The notes beneath the pieces are model-generated. The model saw only the letters and a list, made by a program, of their open reading frames with translations, did not search any database and was not told where the DNA came from. Shown here piece after piece: positions 15,936-28,161 of a DNA stretch of 64,000 nt; position 1 is the first letter of the stretch; each line of letters opens with the position of its first letter. Where the stretch lies: NCBI RefSeq assembly GCF_009914755.1, contig NC_060929.1; one strand, 5' to 3'. The translations under genes and the position numbers were made by a program. Source of the DNA: the human T2T-CHM13v2.0 reference genome, Homo sapiens.

Positions 15936-16094
15936 CATATATATTTACATATATATGTATAATGTATACTACTTAAAAAACAAAGAAAATCAGGTGGTGT
16001 TTTTTAAGGAGTTATTGAATAAAAAGTCACAGTTCCATGCCTAGATCCTAGATCTAAGCCTATTTCAAATTCATTTACAAAGTGTAATATAGTA

Positions 16095-17730
16095 ATAGAT
16101 ACATAACACTATCCATTTGTCAAAAACCCATAGAACTCTACAGTACAAAAAGTAAAATCTAGAATATACAAATTAAAGATAATATAATTGAGAAGTTTGG
16201 AGGATCCTAAAAGAGAATGCAGATTATGACAAAAGAATCTAACTTATATTACAGATGTACGAAATATCCTGAGGGGTATGTCAGAAATGTATTGACCTAA
16301 GTAACTTTGAAAATTAGTGGAGACTGTAAAACTAAGTGGCAAAGTATCTGTGCTTGCCATTAGTTAGATGCTAAAGTTTTTCTGTAGGGAGAAGGAATAA
16401 GAATTCTGAAGTCACTGTACATGTATACCGGGATTTGAACAATTAAGTAAATAGCATGTAGTGGGAGTCATGGTTTTCATTGTCAGAAGGCAAGATTGCA
16501 GATAAAAAGAGGAGAGGATAGAATGATGCATGATAATGAATTAAAGTTGGAAACACCAGTGTGAACTCATTTTAAGCTTATTCAGATGAATATACACATA
16601 ATTATAGATATATGTACATACATGGGCTAGTTATACACATGTATATTTTTTTGCTCTGCCAGTTAAGAGTCTTGAAACAGTAATACCCCAATACCAATGA
16701 GCACACCTAGCACACAAATCTTGGTTTCTAACATCAGTCTTCAATAAAGTAAGTCAAGTCTTCGTGGAAAAATGGCAGATTTTAGTGCTGGAGCAAGGAC
16801 TATACAAGATGACCTTGAAATCTACTGTCTGAAAATAAAAAGTACTCACTAAGTTATACTGATGGAGTATGTGAAAGGGATACAGGAATCAACTGAAAGA
16901 GCTTTCAATGGCCAAAAACGGAAAATTTGAGCTAACAAAAATAAATAATCATAGATTATAACCTGAAGTATAATATAAATAATATATGAGTTCATCCTTC
17001 TATAAAGAAATGAGTGAATGAATGAATAAGGAGAATAGACAAACATTTATTAAAGAATTCCAATTAATTTTGTAAATACCTTGTCCTCATGGAGAGGGAA
17101 CATAATTGCCCCTTAAGTGTGGGCTGCATGGAGCAAATTCCTTGCAAAGAGTGCGGTATGGAAAGGGGGAAAAGAAACACTGCAAAATTTGACAGACACA
17201 ACTCAAGCCATGTGATCAAGGCTAACATCAACAGTCATAAGTTATGTTGATAGTATGTACCCTGGATATGGGGTAGTATGAAAGACACTGTAGTCATCCA
17301 TACAAAAACAGTCTCTCATCATGTGGAAAATGTCAAACAAATTCCAATTTAAGGGCTTTCTACAAAATGCTTGAGAAGTACTCCTCAAAACAGTCAAGGT
17401 CATTAAAAACTAGAACACTATTAGAAACTGTCAGGCCCAAGAGACACATATGGGAAATTTGCTGGACACATGTGTCATGATATCCTGGATGGGATCTTGA
17501 ACAGAAAAAGGACATTAGGTAAAAACTAAGGAAATCTGATGAAAGCATGGGATTTAATTAATAATAATATATCATTATGGTCTTATTAGTTGTGATAAAT
17601 ATATCATAGTAATAAAAGCAGTCAATAATAGGGGAAAATAGGTGTGATGTGTAAGGGACATCTATGAACATCTTTGTAACTTTTCCATAGTCCTAAAACT
17701 ACTCTTAAACAAAAATGTTTATTAATAAAT
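16095..17730 (+). mobile_element. L1MC/L1MD-type 3' end
   Basis: ccatttgtcaaaaacccatagaac; gacctaagtaactttg; accaatgagcacacctagcac; tcctggatgggatcttgaacagaaaaaggacattagg; ends ctaaaactactcttaaacaaaaatgtttatt. Confidence 0.8.
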
Positions 17731-18862
17731 TAACTTATCAACTATGCCTCTATGAAACTGTTAAGAAACACAGAGTAAAACTCTAGAATTACTGGAAATA
17801 GCATTTCTAATCCATTAAATATCCAGAAATTTATGAAAATAGACTTGATATTTTTAAAATGATCTGCTATACATAACAAAAGTCTCAATTATTTTTGAGG
17901 CAATAGGAATGTACTGGAAATCTCCACAGAGAATCAAACTTTTTTTCAAAATTACTAGATAAATAACATTTTAAATCTCTAATTATGCATGTTTATAACC
18001 ATTTCTTCTTTCCTACCTGTGAGTGTAAAATTTAAATGCAAATGTCATGGCTTTCTGATTAAAGCATACACAATTCAAGCACTTCAGTTATCAAATAAGT
18101 TTATTTCACTTTCTTGGGAAATGCCAAATGTTGTACCAAATTAACTTAAGACATTTAAAATGATGACTCTGGAGATCACTTAATTAGTAAAGACTCAATC
18201 AATTCAAAGGAATATTTTTTCACCAAGAGTAAATAGAAAATACTTATTGTTCTTTGCTCATGGGAAATAACAGATACACAGGTTGATATTCAATAATTAA
18301 ATTCATTCATTCAGTTTTCTACCTGTGTGGACAGGGTTGAAGATACCAAAGTACTTGCCACATCATAATGATCCAGTTGGGATTTCATCTAATGAAGGGG
18401 TGAAGCCCTCTCAATGATTTTTGAGCCACCACAAAAAGGCAATGGGAAGGTTGATAAACTATCCTTTTAATTTACTGATACATTTTATGTCCCTAGAATA
18501 AAGCATGTTTGCTGAAGGTGTTCCCTATAAGTCCATTCTATTCACTAGTTTCTAAAAGAAAATGTTTATTGTGATTGTCATTTAAATATTTAAAACAGAT
18601 GTTCAGTGACTAGCAGCTAACTGTTGAGTTGGGAAATCACCTGTAAGATCGGTTCCACATTCTTTGCAGCCAAATCCAATTACCTAAAAAAAAATTTACC
18701 AGCCACCTTCTAATGGAAGGTCCTTTGCCCTGAAGAAACTCTGCATTTTCATGAACTAAAAAATAAACAAAGGTCATAACCCAAATTTTACTGTTGCTAT
18801 TTGGGTTAATTGACACATTGACATAACTGGAAAAAATTCCATCTACCATCCACTTTCCTGTA

Positions 18863-19257
18863 GATAGGAGTCCATCACCTTTTTGGTGCCAAGGACCTTT
18901 TCAATCTCTGAAAAAGCTATAGACTTTTTTTCTCAGAATAATGTTATAAAAGCATAAAGTAAGAAAGGCAAACCAATTGCATTGACATAGATATAAAAAT
19001 ATTACTCAAATGTGTTGCAGTAATATATGCTATTTTATTAAAAATTAAATAATAGTACATAGCCACAGATATAATAGCTACTATAATTTTAAAGTAATGA
19101 TGAGCATAAATATTATTAAAATGTATCTGTAAAAACTGTAATTCACTATGAAAGCGTATGAGGTTTCTAACAATAACAAAATGACAGATACTTCAAATAC
19201 TATATTGTATTATTTTTGCCTATATTCATAACTGAAAAAAATAATATATTTCATTTA
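18863..19257. mobile_element. hAT-Charlie DNA transposon fossil (Charlie4a-like)
   Basis: ccttttggtgccaaggacc...ttctcagaataatgtt...ctactataattttaaagtaatgatgagcataaata. Confidence 0.6.
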
Positions 19258-19304
19258 CACTGCCCTTTTTAATGTTTCCTATGAGACAATAACTCCTTGC
19301 TGAG

Positions 19305-19605
19305 AAAATTTGCTCTCATTGTTTGTCCTGCCTAGAATGATCTTTCTCTAAAATAGAACTGATTCTTACTTGCCTTTTACATCCCAGCTTCAATTTGTCT
19401 TCAATGGAAAGGTTTTCTTTGACCTCCCAAACCACAGCAGCAAATCAGTCACTCTCTAGACTTGACCTCCTTTAAATCCCCTGCCTTGCACTTATTTCTT
19501 TATTCCTCAGTAGGTTTTCTCCTTCTCTTTCACCTACCTCCTTTACCTAGGCTATTTCCTGACACATGGTAGGTACTCAATCAATATTTGTTGAGTGAAT
19601 GAATA
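19305..19605 (+). mobile_element. L2 fragment with 3' end
   Basis: cctgcctagaatg...cctgacacatggtaggtactcaatcaatatttgttgagtgaatgaat. Confidence 0.75.
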
Positions 19606-19919
19606 GATGATATCTGCTGATTAGTGCCCCGCAGTTCACAGCCAGCTTCCTAGACTTACAACATGATAATCTGGGAAGGCTGTTTCAGTGTGCGAGGAGA
19701 GAAGGAGAAAACTCATCCTGCTGCCATCATCCTTTCCAGGGAAACATCCTTTTAGACCCACTCTTCTTTTGCCTTTTACTCCAGCATAAGTCCAAACAAT
19801 TACCTACTAAAAATATAAACATGTGGAATCCACATATATCTTTATGTGAGTTTTCTCTCTTTAATTTTGCTTTTCCTCAGGGGTTTAAAAATATCATATC
19901 AAGAAATATAAAAGCATTC

Positions 19920-20425
19920 CAACTCTTCAACACCATGATTCCTTTTTGTGAAACTAAAGAAAGAATTCTTAACATAGAAAAGACATTTTGTACATAGATG
20001 ATAAAGGTTATGTGACTGATACCAGAAATAAAGAACAAATTAAACTAAATGACAATGAGGAATAGGTACATAACTATATTAGGCAGCCATTAAAAGTATT
20101 TTTGTAAAATATTTTCAATGAATAAAAGTTTGTTGTGTTATATTATTGAATAAAATAAGTATACAAAATTTTACATACAGGAGAATGACATTATCAGATC
20201 TCTGGCTCTGTTCATTATCTATCTATATCTATTTTTTCATGTTTTCATTTGAGTTTAACAGGCTACTCAAAACAATAACCACATCTAAAATTTAAAAATA
20301 CAAGGAAATAACACCAAAATTCTGGTTATGTTTGGTAGAAATATAGATGCTTTGGCTTCTACTTGCTCCTTTTTAGAATCTTTTGAATTTTCCTATGAGT
20401 CTACATTATTTTATAATGTGAAAAT
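19920..20425 (+). mobile_element. Highly decayed L1ME-like 3' fragment
   Basis: actatattaggcagccattaaaag; aacaccaaaattct; acattattttataatgtgaaaa; very diverged. Confidence 0.4.
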
Positions 20426-20818
20426 ATATTTAAATCAGGGGCAGTACGGAGATGTTTATGGGTCACATCCTTTTCCCGGATCCATTATTACTGTCACTTG
20501 GTTCTGAGATGCTGTGGCCTAAGACAGACAATAGAAGTCCTTATTTTACATAGTAATTTACACATGAGATTATTTGGATGGAACTTGTGAGGAAGAATGC
20601 CAGCCGAAGAGGGGCTCTGGAGTGGCCAAAACATAATGTCAAAGGAGCTGCTTCATTGAGTAGATTAGTCTAAAAAGTGTGCCCAAGAGATTCTAGGACA
20701 CATATGATCCATGCTTTTATATCCCAAAGTTCCTAACCCATTTTACTCATGCCTGTTTCCCTTCCTCTTTAAGACTTCAGTTCCTAAAATTGTAGATATC
20801 ATTTTCTGTCCTTTAGTC

Positions 20819-22445
20819 CAGCAGTCCCCAAGCTTTTTGACACCAAGGACCAGTTTCACGGTAGACAATTTTTCCATGCCAGGGGCGGGGAAGGTTTGGG
20901 GTGATTCAAGCGTATTACATTTATTGTGCACTTTATTTCTGTTATTATTACATTGTAATATATAATGAAATAATTATACAGCTCACCATAATGTAGAATC
21001 AATGGGAGCCCTGAGCTTGTTTTCCTGCAACTAGGTGGTCCCATCTGGGTGTGATGGGACACAGTGACAGATCATCTGGCATTAAATTCTCATAAGGTGT
21101 GTGCAACCTGGATCTCTCACATGTAGAGTTCACAATAGATTTCACGTTCCTATGAGAATCTCATGTCACTGCTGATCTGCTGATCTGACAGGAGTTGGAG
21201 CTCAAACAGTAATGCAAGCAATGAGGAGCTGTTGTGGTAAGTCAGGGACCTCGAAAGGAGGGACCGGCTGAAGCCATGGCAGAAGAACATAAATTGTGAA
21301 GATTTCATGGACATTTATTAGTTCTCCAAATTAATACTTTTATAATTTCTTACGCCTGTCTTTACTACAATCTCTGAACATAAATTGTGAAGATTTCATG
21401 GACATTTATCACTTCCCCAAACAATACTCTTGTGATTTCCTATGCCTGTCTTTACTTTAATCTCTTAATCCCATCATCTTCATAAGCTGAGGAGGATATA
21501 TGTCACCTCAGGACCCTGTGATGATTGCATTAACTGCACAAATTGTTTGTAGAGCATGTGTGTTTGAACAATATCAAATCTGGGCACCTTAAGAACAGGA
21601 TAACAGCAATGTTCAGGGAACAAGGGAGATAACCTTAAAGTCTGGCTGCCTGTGGGCTGGGCGGAACAGAGCCATATTTCTCTTCTTTCAAAAGCAAATA
21701 GGAGAAATATCGCTGAATTCTTTTTCTCAGCAAGGAACATCCCTGAGAAAGAGAATGCATCCCTAAGGGGAGGCCTCTGAAATGGCCGCTTTGGGGACGG
21801 CTGTCTTTTACAGTCATAGATAAGGGATGAAATAAGCCCCGGTCTCCCATAGCACTCCCAGGCTTATTAGGAAGAGGAAATTCCCGCCTAATAAATTTTG
21901 GTCAGACCGGTTGTCTGCTCTCAAACCCTGTCTCCTAATAAGATGCTATCAGTGACAATGCGTGCCCAAAACTTCATTAGCAATTTTAATTTTGCCCTGG
22001 CCCTGTGGTCCTGTGGTCCTGTGATCTCACCCTGCCTCCATTTGCCTTGTGATATTTTATTACCTTGTGAAGCATGTGATCTCTGTGACCCACACCCTAT
22101 TCATACACTCCCTCCCCTTTTGAAAATCACTAATAAAAACTTGCTGGTTTTGCTGCTTGGGGGGCATCACGGAACCTGCCGACATGTGATGTCTCCCCCT
22201 GACACCCAGCTTTAAAATTTCTCTCTTTGTAATCTTTCCCTTTATTTCTCAGACTGGCTGACACTTAGGGAAAATAGAAAAGAACCTATGTGGAATATCG
22301 GGGGTGAATTTCCCCCGATAAGCAATGGCTGTAAATACAGATGAAGCTTCACTGGCTTGCTCACCGCTCACCCACTCTGTGAGGCCAGGTTCTAAACAGG
22401 CCACAGCCCAGTTCTGGTAAGTGGCCCAGGAGTTAGGGACCCCTG
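20819..22445 (+). mobile_element. MER1A hAT MITE split by a MER11 LTR (pieces 20819-21229 and 22321-22445)
   Basis: Termini cagcagtccccaa and ttagggacccctg; 8-bp TSD ctttagtc (20811-20818) / ctttagtt (22446-22453). Confidence 0.92.
21230..22320 (+). mobile_element. MER11 (B-like) solo LTR of HERV-K(HML-8)
   Basis: Starts tgttgtggtaagtcagggacc...ggagggaccggctgaagccatggcagaagaacataaattgtgaagatttcatggac; aataaa at ~22132; ends ggggtgaatttcccccgata. Confidence 0.92.
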
Positions 22446-23047
22446 CTTTAGTTTATACTTTTAGATGACAGACTGAATTAAAAGTCATCAGTGGTGAAAC
22501 TAAACATGCTGAAAACCTGTCCTATCTGGTCATTTCTGAGACTTCTTTTCTCTTTGGTACAGTTCCAATTATGATGCCCAGAGCCCATGAGCACTGAGAC
22601 TTTTTTTTTTTTTTTGAAAAGCTGGTATTTTAGGAGAGCTTCTCCTGGTAATTTCTAACTAGAAAACAGAAATATGTGAAACCTATATTAGTCAACTTTC
22701 TTATTTAGTACTAATCTATGATGAAAAACTATTGTGTCTATACCTGAAATGACATGTTATCAGTAATTTCATTTCTGTCTAGAGAGCTGTCCTCAATCAC
22801 TGACAAACGAAAGGTATCAAATTTGGTGAAAAGTTTACGTACAAAACCTGGAAAGATACAGCTTGGACATTCAGAAGAACAGATCGCAAAATATGTTCCA
22901 CAAGAAGCAAACAAAGATGAGCTTTACTTGATGGAATCAAATAAATAATTCCCAGTACAAACTCTTCCCGTAAGTCACAGGAGATGTTTTTAAATATACA
23001 GAATATTGGACTGACTCAGGCCTAATGAATCACAAATACCCTACTCA

Positions 23048-23560
<513 letters not shown>

Positions 23561-23599
23561 ATGCATATTACTGCACTCTGCTTTAGGGTATTCTCTGAT

Positions 23600-23929
23600 G
23601 TGTAGAAGCCAGCTCAGCATAGCTGGAACATTGGGGCAATCCTCAAAGAATGAGGAACAACACGGCTCATAGGTAAATGCTCCAGCTCCAGTCATTCAGA
23701 AGGAAAATTCTGGTAGGCATTTTATGCCTGTTTCGGGAGGTCCTGCCAGAAACCAGCCCCCACTGTCCACTACCGTAATCTCTATAACATATCCTTATCT
23801 TGACTTCCTCCTTCGCTGTCTCAATCCTCTGGTCCATCACTCCAGCTTCCTGGGATCACTTCCCAAATAAGCTGAAGAGCCCAAGAACTTCCCTCAAGGG
23901 CTGCTCTAGGAAGAACCCAAACCAAGACA
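23600..23929 (+). mobile_element. LTR16-like ERVL LTR
   Basis: 3' end cttcctgggatcacttcccaaataag...ctgctctaggaagaacccaaaccaagaca. Confidence 0.7.
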
Positions 23930-23949
23930 GAATTGGAAGATAAGGCTCT

Positions 23950-24385
23950 CTTCTTCCATTCAGCTCCTCTAAGATGAAGACATCTAGACATGATTAGACA
24001 TGCAAGAAATTTGGGGCACAGGGAACACCTGTAATGTAGGGGGCTGAGAGAGCCAAGAGATCATGGTGCAAGCCTAACCCCTGTGAGGAAAATTGGGTCA
24101 GAGAAATCTTAAACAGATGTGCAGTCCTAAGAGCATTTTGATAAAGCCAATAGGAAGTCCTTGAGCCAAGGCTGCCATTTGAAGGAGCCCTACGTCTGCC
24201 AGGAATGGGCCTGACTTACAATTTCTTCCTGCTAGTCACTGACTAGGAGCAGGCCATGGGAAGTGTAGCCGTGATGTAAATGCACTTATGAATTTCAAGC
24301 AAAGCATCTGGGGCCCTCAATCAATTACACTTCCTGCAGTTGGAGGTGTGAAAGGAACATTAGGAACACTTTTGTGTGCAACAGT
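23950..24385 (-). mobile_element. ERVL-class LTR (LTR40/41-like), putative 3' LTR of the adjacent provirus relic
   Basis: gacatgcaagaaattt...acccctgtgagg...gtccttgagccaag...ggaatgggcctg...ggagcaggccatgggaag; abuts ERVL internal sequence. Confidence 0.5.
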
Positions 24386-24839
24386 TTTGTGTGCTCCTGA
24401 CAGGGTTAGGGAGACACATATCCACAAATCCATGAGCCTCTCTTCCTGAGGGAAAACTTAGAGGAGGAAGGTTAGTAGGATGAACTGCAGCCCTGGTCAC
24501 TGCAGTTATTCTAAAGCCAACCTCTGATCCTTGTCCTCTTCCTCCTGCACATCCATTCTCAATTTCCAGCATATTCAGCTATTATCTCTACAGGTCATAA
24601 TAGTATGACCTAATCCTTCCTTCCAGAGGAGAGTACACCCTTCATAATCATTCTTGTCTCAGGCCAGGTTTGCTGCATGAGTCCAACAATAATAGTTAAA
24701 ATGGAGTAAAGGAGTCCCTACCAGCATTCTGGTGGATCACTTGCTCTCTACACATATTTCCCCTGCTCCCATGGTGTAAAAGCATTCCTACCTCCTTTCA
24801 CTAATTAGGGACAACTACCCTGACCTGTTTGGTGACTCC

Positions 24840-25148
24840 TCACCATACCTCTATTTTCTGGACAGAAGGAGTCCCAAGTGCCCTGCCAGCAGCTATAGTT
24901 GCTTGTTCAATGTGTTCCCTAGCATGGGTATGACACTTTGGGAACAAGGACCTCCTACCCTTAGAGGTATGGAGACAGATAGGAAACACAAACTTCCCCA
25001 GTGGGTCATTGGTAATGATGGCAAATGGAGCTAAGCCTGCTGACATCCATTGGTTTCTTGGCTCATGTATTTTTCCTGTGGAAGACACAGCATGGCACAG
25101 AGGTCTCCGATACTTCATCTTAAAGGATGGCATTGCAGCCTCTCCCAT
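24840..25148 (-). pseudogene. ERVL pol (integrase C-terminal) relic
   Basis: RRPLCHAVSSTGKIHEPRNQW...APFAIITNDPLGKFVFP resembles the recalled HERV-L motif QRPIYGAVSPIARIHGSRNQG...APLTITPSDPLAKFLLP. Confidence 0.7.
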
Positions 25149-25572
25149 GTTTTGCCACTGAGATAGTGTTTTAGTTGCACCTTAAGAAGCCGTTCCAACA
25201 TTCTGTGAAAATCACGTGTGGATTGTAAAATATGATACCTTCAGTGTATCCCATGTTAATGGATCACTCCTGTACCTTCTTCCCTGTGAAATGAGTTTCT
25301 ATTTGAAGTTTATTATATGAGGTTTCATTCCTACAGATAAGTTACTCTATAAGCTCCTAGATTATGATGCTAGTTGAAACTTTGTCAGCAGGAAATGGAT
25401 CCATACCAGGAATGGATAGGTATCCATTCCTGTGGGATAAACCACTTATCTTCTCAGAATGGAAGAGCTTCAATTTAGTTGACTTGCCACCAAATGGCTA
25501 ATTGGTAGCCACAAGGAATACTGCCACACGTGGGGATCAACATTGGGATCTGTTTCTGCAAGACTGAACTTT

Positions 25573-26487
25573 TAAAAATATTTTATTTGATTTTAAGTTA
25601 TGGGTTACTTGCACAGGAAGTGCAGGTTTGTTACATAGGTAAATGTGTGCAATTGTGGGTTGCTGCACTTATCAACCCATCACCTAGGTATTAAGTCCTG
25701 CCTGCATTAGCTATTTACCCCGATGCTCTCCTTCCCCTCGCCACTCCTCCGACAGGCCCCAGTGTGTGTTGTTCCCCTCCCTGTGTTCATGTGTTCTTAT
25801 TGTTCAGCTCCCACTTATAAGTGAGAACATACGGTGTTTGGTGTTTGGTTTCTATTCCTGCATTAGTTTGCTGAGGATAATCTGACAAAGGTCTAATATC
25901 CAGAATCTACAAGAATCTTAAACAAGTTTACAAGAAAAAGCAAACAACCTCATTAAAAAGTGAGCAAAGGACATGAACAGACACTTCTCAAAAGAAGACG
26001 TTTATGGGGCCAACAAGCATATGAAGAAAAGTTCAACATCACTGATCATTAGAGAAATGCAAATTAAAACCACAATGAGATACCATCTCGCACCAGTCTG
26101 AATGGCCATTATTAAAAAGTCAAGAAACAGCAGATGCTGGCAAGGCTGTGGAGAAATAGGAACACTTTTACACTGTTGGTGGGAATGTAAATTCATTCAA
26201 CCATTGTGGGAGTTGGTGTGGCGATTCCTCAAAGGCCTAGAACTAAAAGTACCATTTGACCCAGCGATCCCATTACTGGGTATATACCCAAATAAATATA
26301 AATCATTCTGTTTCAAAGATATGTGCACGTGTATGTTCACTGCAGCACTATTCACAATAGCAAAGACATGGAATCAACCCAAATGCTCATAAGTGATGGA
26401 CTAGATAAAGAAAATGTGGTATATATACACTATGGAATACTATGCAGCCAAAAAAGGAACAAGATCACGTCCATTGCAGGGACATGA
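25573..26487 (-). mobile_element. L1PA8-10-like LINE with 5' inversion (25573-25880 minus; 25881-26487 plus)
   Basis: Antisense 3' UTR up to ...gctgaggataat, then sense ORF2 end ([30 protein letters not shown]); TSD aagactgaacttt / aagattgaacttt. Confidence 0.92.
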
Positions 26488-26614
26488 AAGATTGAACTTT
26501 CAAAGGTATCTGTCTCTGCTACCTGGCCTGCTTCATGTGTGCACCAATTGTGCCAGGTCTGCACAGGATGCAGAAGAGGAGAAGTTTCTGTTCTATCTCT
26601 CATGGGTGACATGC

Positions 26615-27043
26615 TACGTTAGCTTCCCAGGGGAGCTTTAACAAAGTACCACAAACTAAGTGGCTTACACAATAGAAATGTATTGTTTCACAGTTCTAGG
26701 GGCTAGAAGTCTGAAATCAAGATATTGGCAGTGTTGGTTTCTTCTGAGATCTGTAAAGAAGAATCTGTTCTATGACTTTCTTCTAGCTTCCAGTAGCCCC
26801 AGGCATTCTTTGACTCATACATGGTGTTCTCCACATTATCTTTCTTCTGTGCTTGTCTGTCCCTGTGTCCAAATGTTTCCCTTTTTATTAGAACACCAGT
26901 TAAATTAGATTATGGCCCATCCTAATGACTTCATCTAATTCTATCTACAATGACCTTATTTCCAAATAAGGTCACATTCTGAGGTAATGAAGGTTAGGAT
27001 CTCAACATACGAATTTTGGAGGGACACAATTCCACTTATAACA
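26615..27043 (-). mobile_element. MLT1B/C-like MaLR solo LTR
   Basis: taacaaagtaccacaaactaagtggctt...cacagttctaggggctagaagtctgaaatcaag...ggagggacacaattccacttataaca. Confidence 0.85.
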
Positions 27044-28110
27044 CTGGGGAAACTGAGATCCCACTGTATGCAGTTTACATGTCCCCTGTGGTCCTCTTTG
27101 GGATAAATCCTTGCTGTATCATTTATATTTCACTGTAAACTATTGCTGGTCCTGTCCAAATTTGTGACTTGGTGGGAACAACATAATGGGCAGCCCCTGA
27201 TACATGGTTACATGATGCCCCATCAAGTACTCTGTCTTGACACATTAATACCAGGGCCTATTTATACACCAAGAACTGTCTCTGAGAAAGTGTATACTCT
27301 TGACATAATCCCACATCTGCCACAACAGATGCAATCGGGGCCTCTGTTTAGTTAAACCTACAGTAGTCTACAGTCTACAGTCATTCTCATGCATCCATCT
27401 GAATTCTATGAGTGAAGGCTGGCAAATTAAATGGAGAGATGATAAGGCCTATCACCCCTGTATCTCTTAGGTCTTTTGTGCTTACACTAATATCCATTAT
27501 TCCCCCTAGGATGTGATATTTTTCTCAATTTACTATCTTGGCTGCGGAAAAATTTCAGAGGTTTCCACCTCTCCCTTAGGATAGATTTTAACTCACAGGC
27601 CATAGACCTAATGTGAGGGTCATTCTAACCAAGTATATTAATTCCAGTTATACACTTGAGACTTGAAAATATGGCCAGTCGATGTGTCTTCAGACCTAGC
27701 ATTGACCTTGTGAGGCAGGCTTTAGCCAGAGCTTCATTTATCACCTGGCTCCCATTAGCCCCTCCTATAACAATGGCCATGATGACGCTTTCGTTCTTCA
27801 GGTATCATTGTCTACCCAGACACTACATACAACAGTCCTTAGAATGTCTGAGTATTCTTTTATCCCCCAGGGTAGACACACCTAAGTAAATAATCAAGTT
27901 TTCTTTGAAAAATGACTGGGAAAGTCATCATAGTAAATATTTTCCATGGTTTTTTGTTTTGTTTTGTTTGTTAACCCAGGGAAATAATCTCTTCTATCAA
28001 TGGGTTCTGGATTTGAAATAGGCTTAGGTCTGGGATCTAGGCAAGGAACTGTGGCTTTTTATTCAAAGCGCCTTAAAAAATACTGCTTAATTTTCTTTGC
28101 TTTTAAAGTG

Positions 28111-28111
<1 letters not shown>

Positions 28112-28154
<43 letters not shown>

Positions 28155-28158
28155 TGTA
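28112..28158. repeat. (TG)n microsatellite at the L1 tail
   Basis: Run of TG units with one interruption. Confidence 0.95.
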
Positions 28159-28161
28159 TGT

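Noticed and set aside
21285-21470. ~92-bp tandem repeat (aacataaattgtgaagatttcatggacatttat twice), superficially array-like
   Set aside because: Intrinsic to the MER11 LTR consensus as recalled; not CRISPR and not locus-specific.
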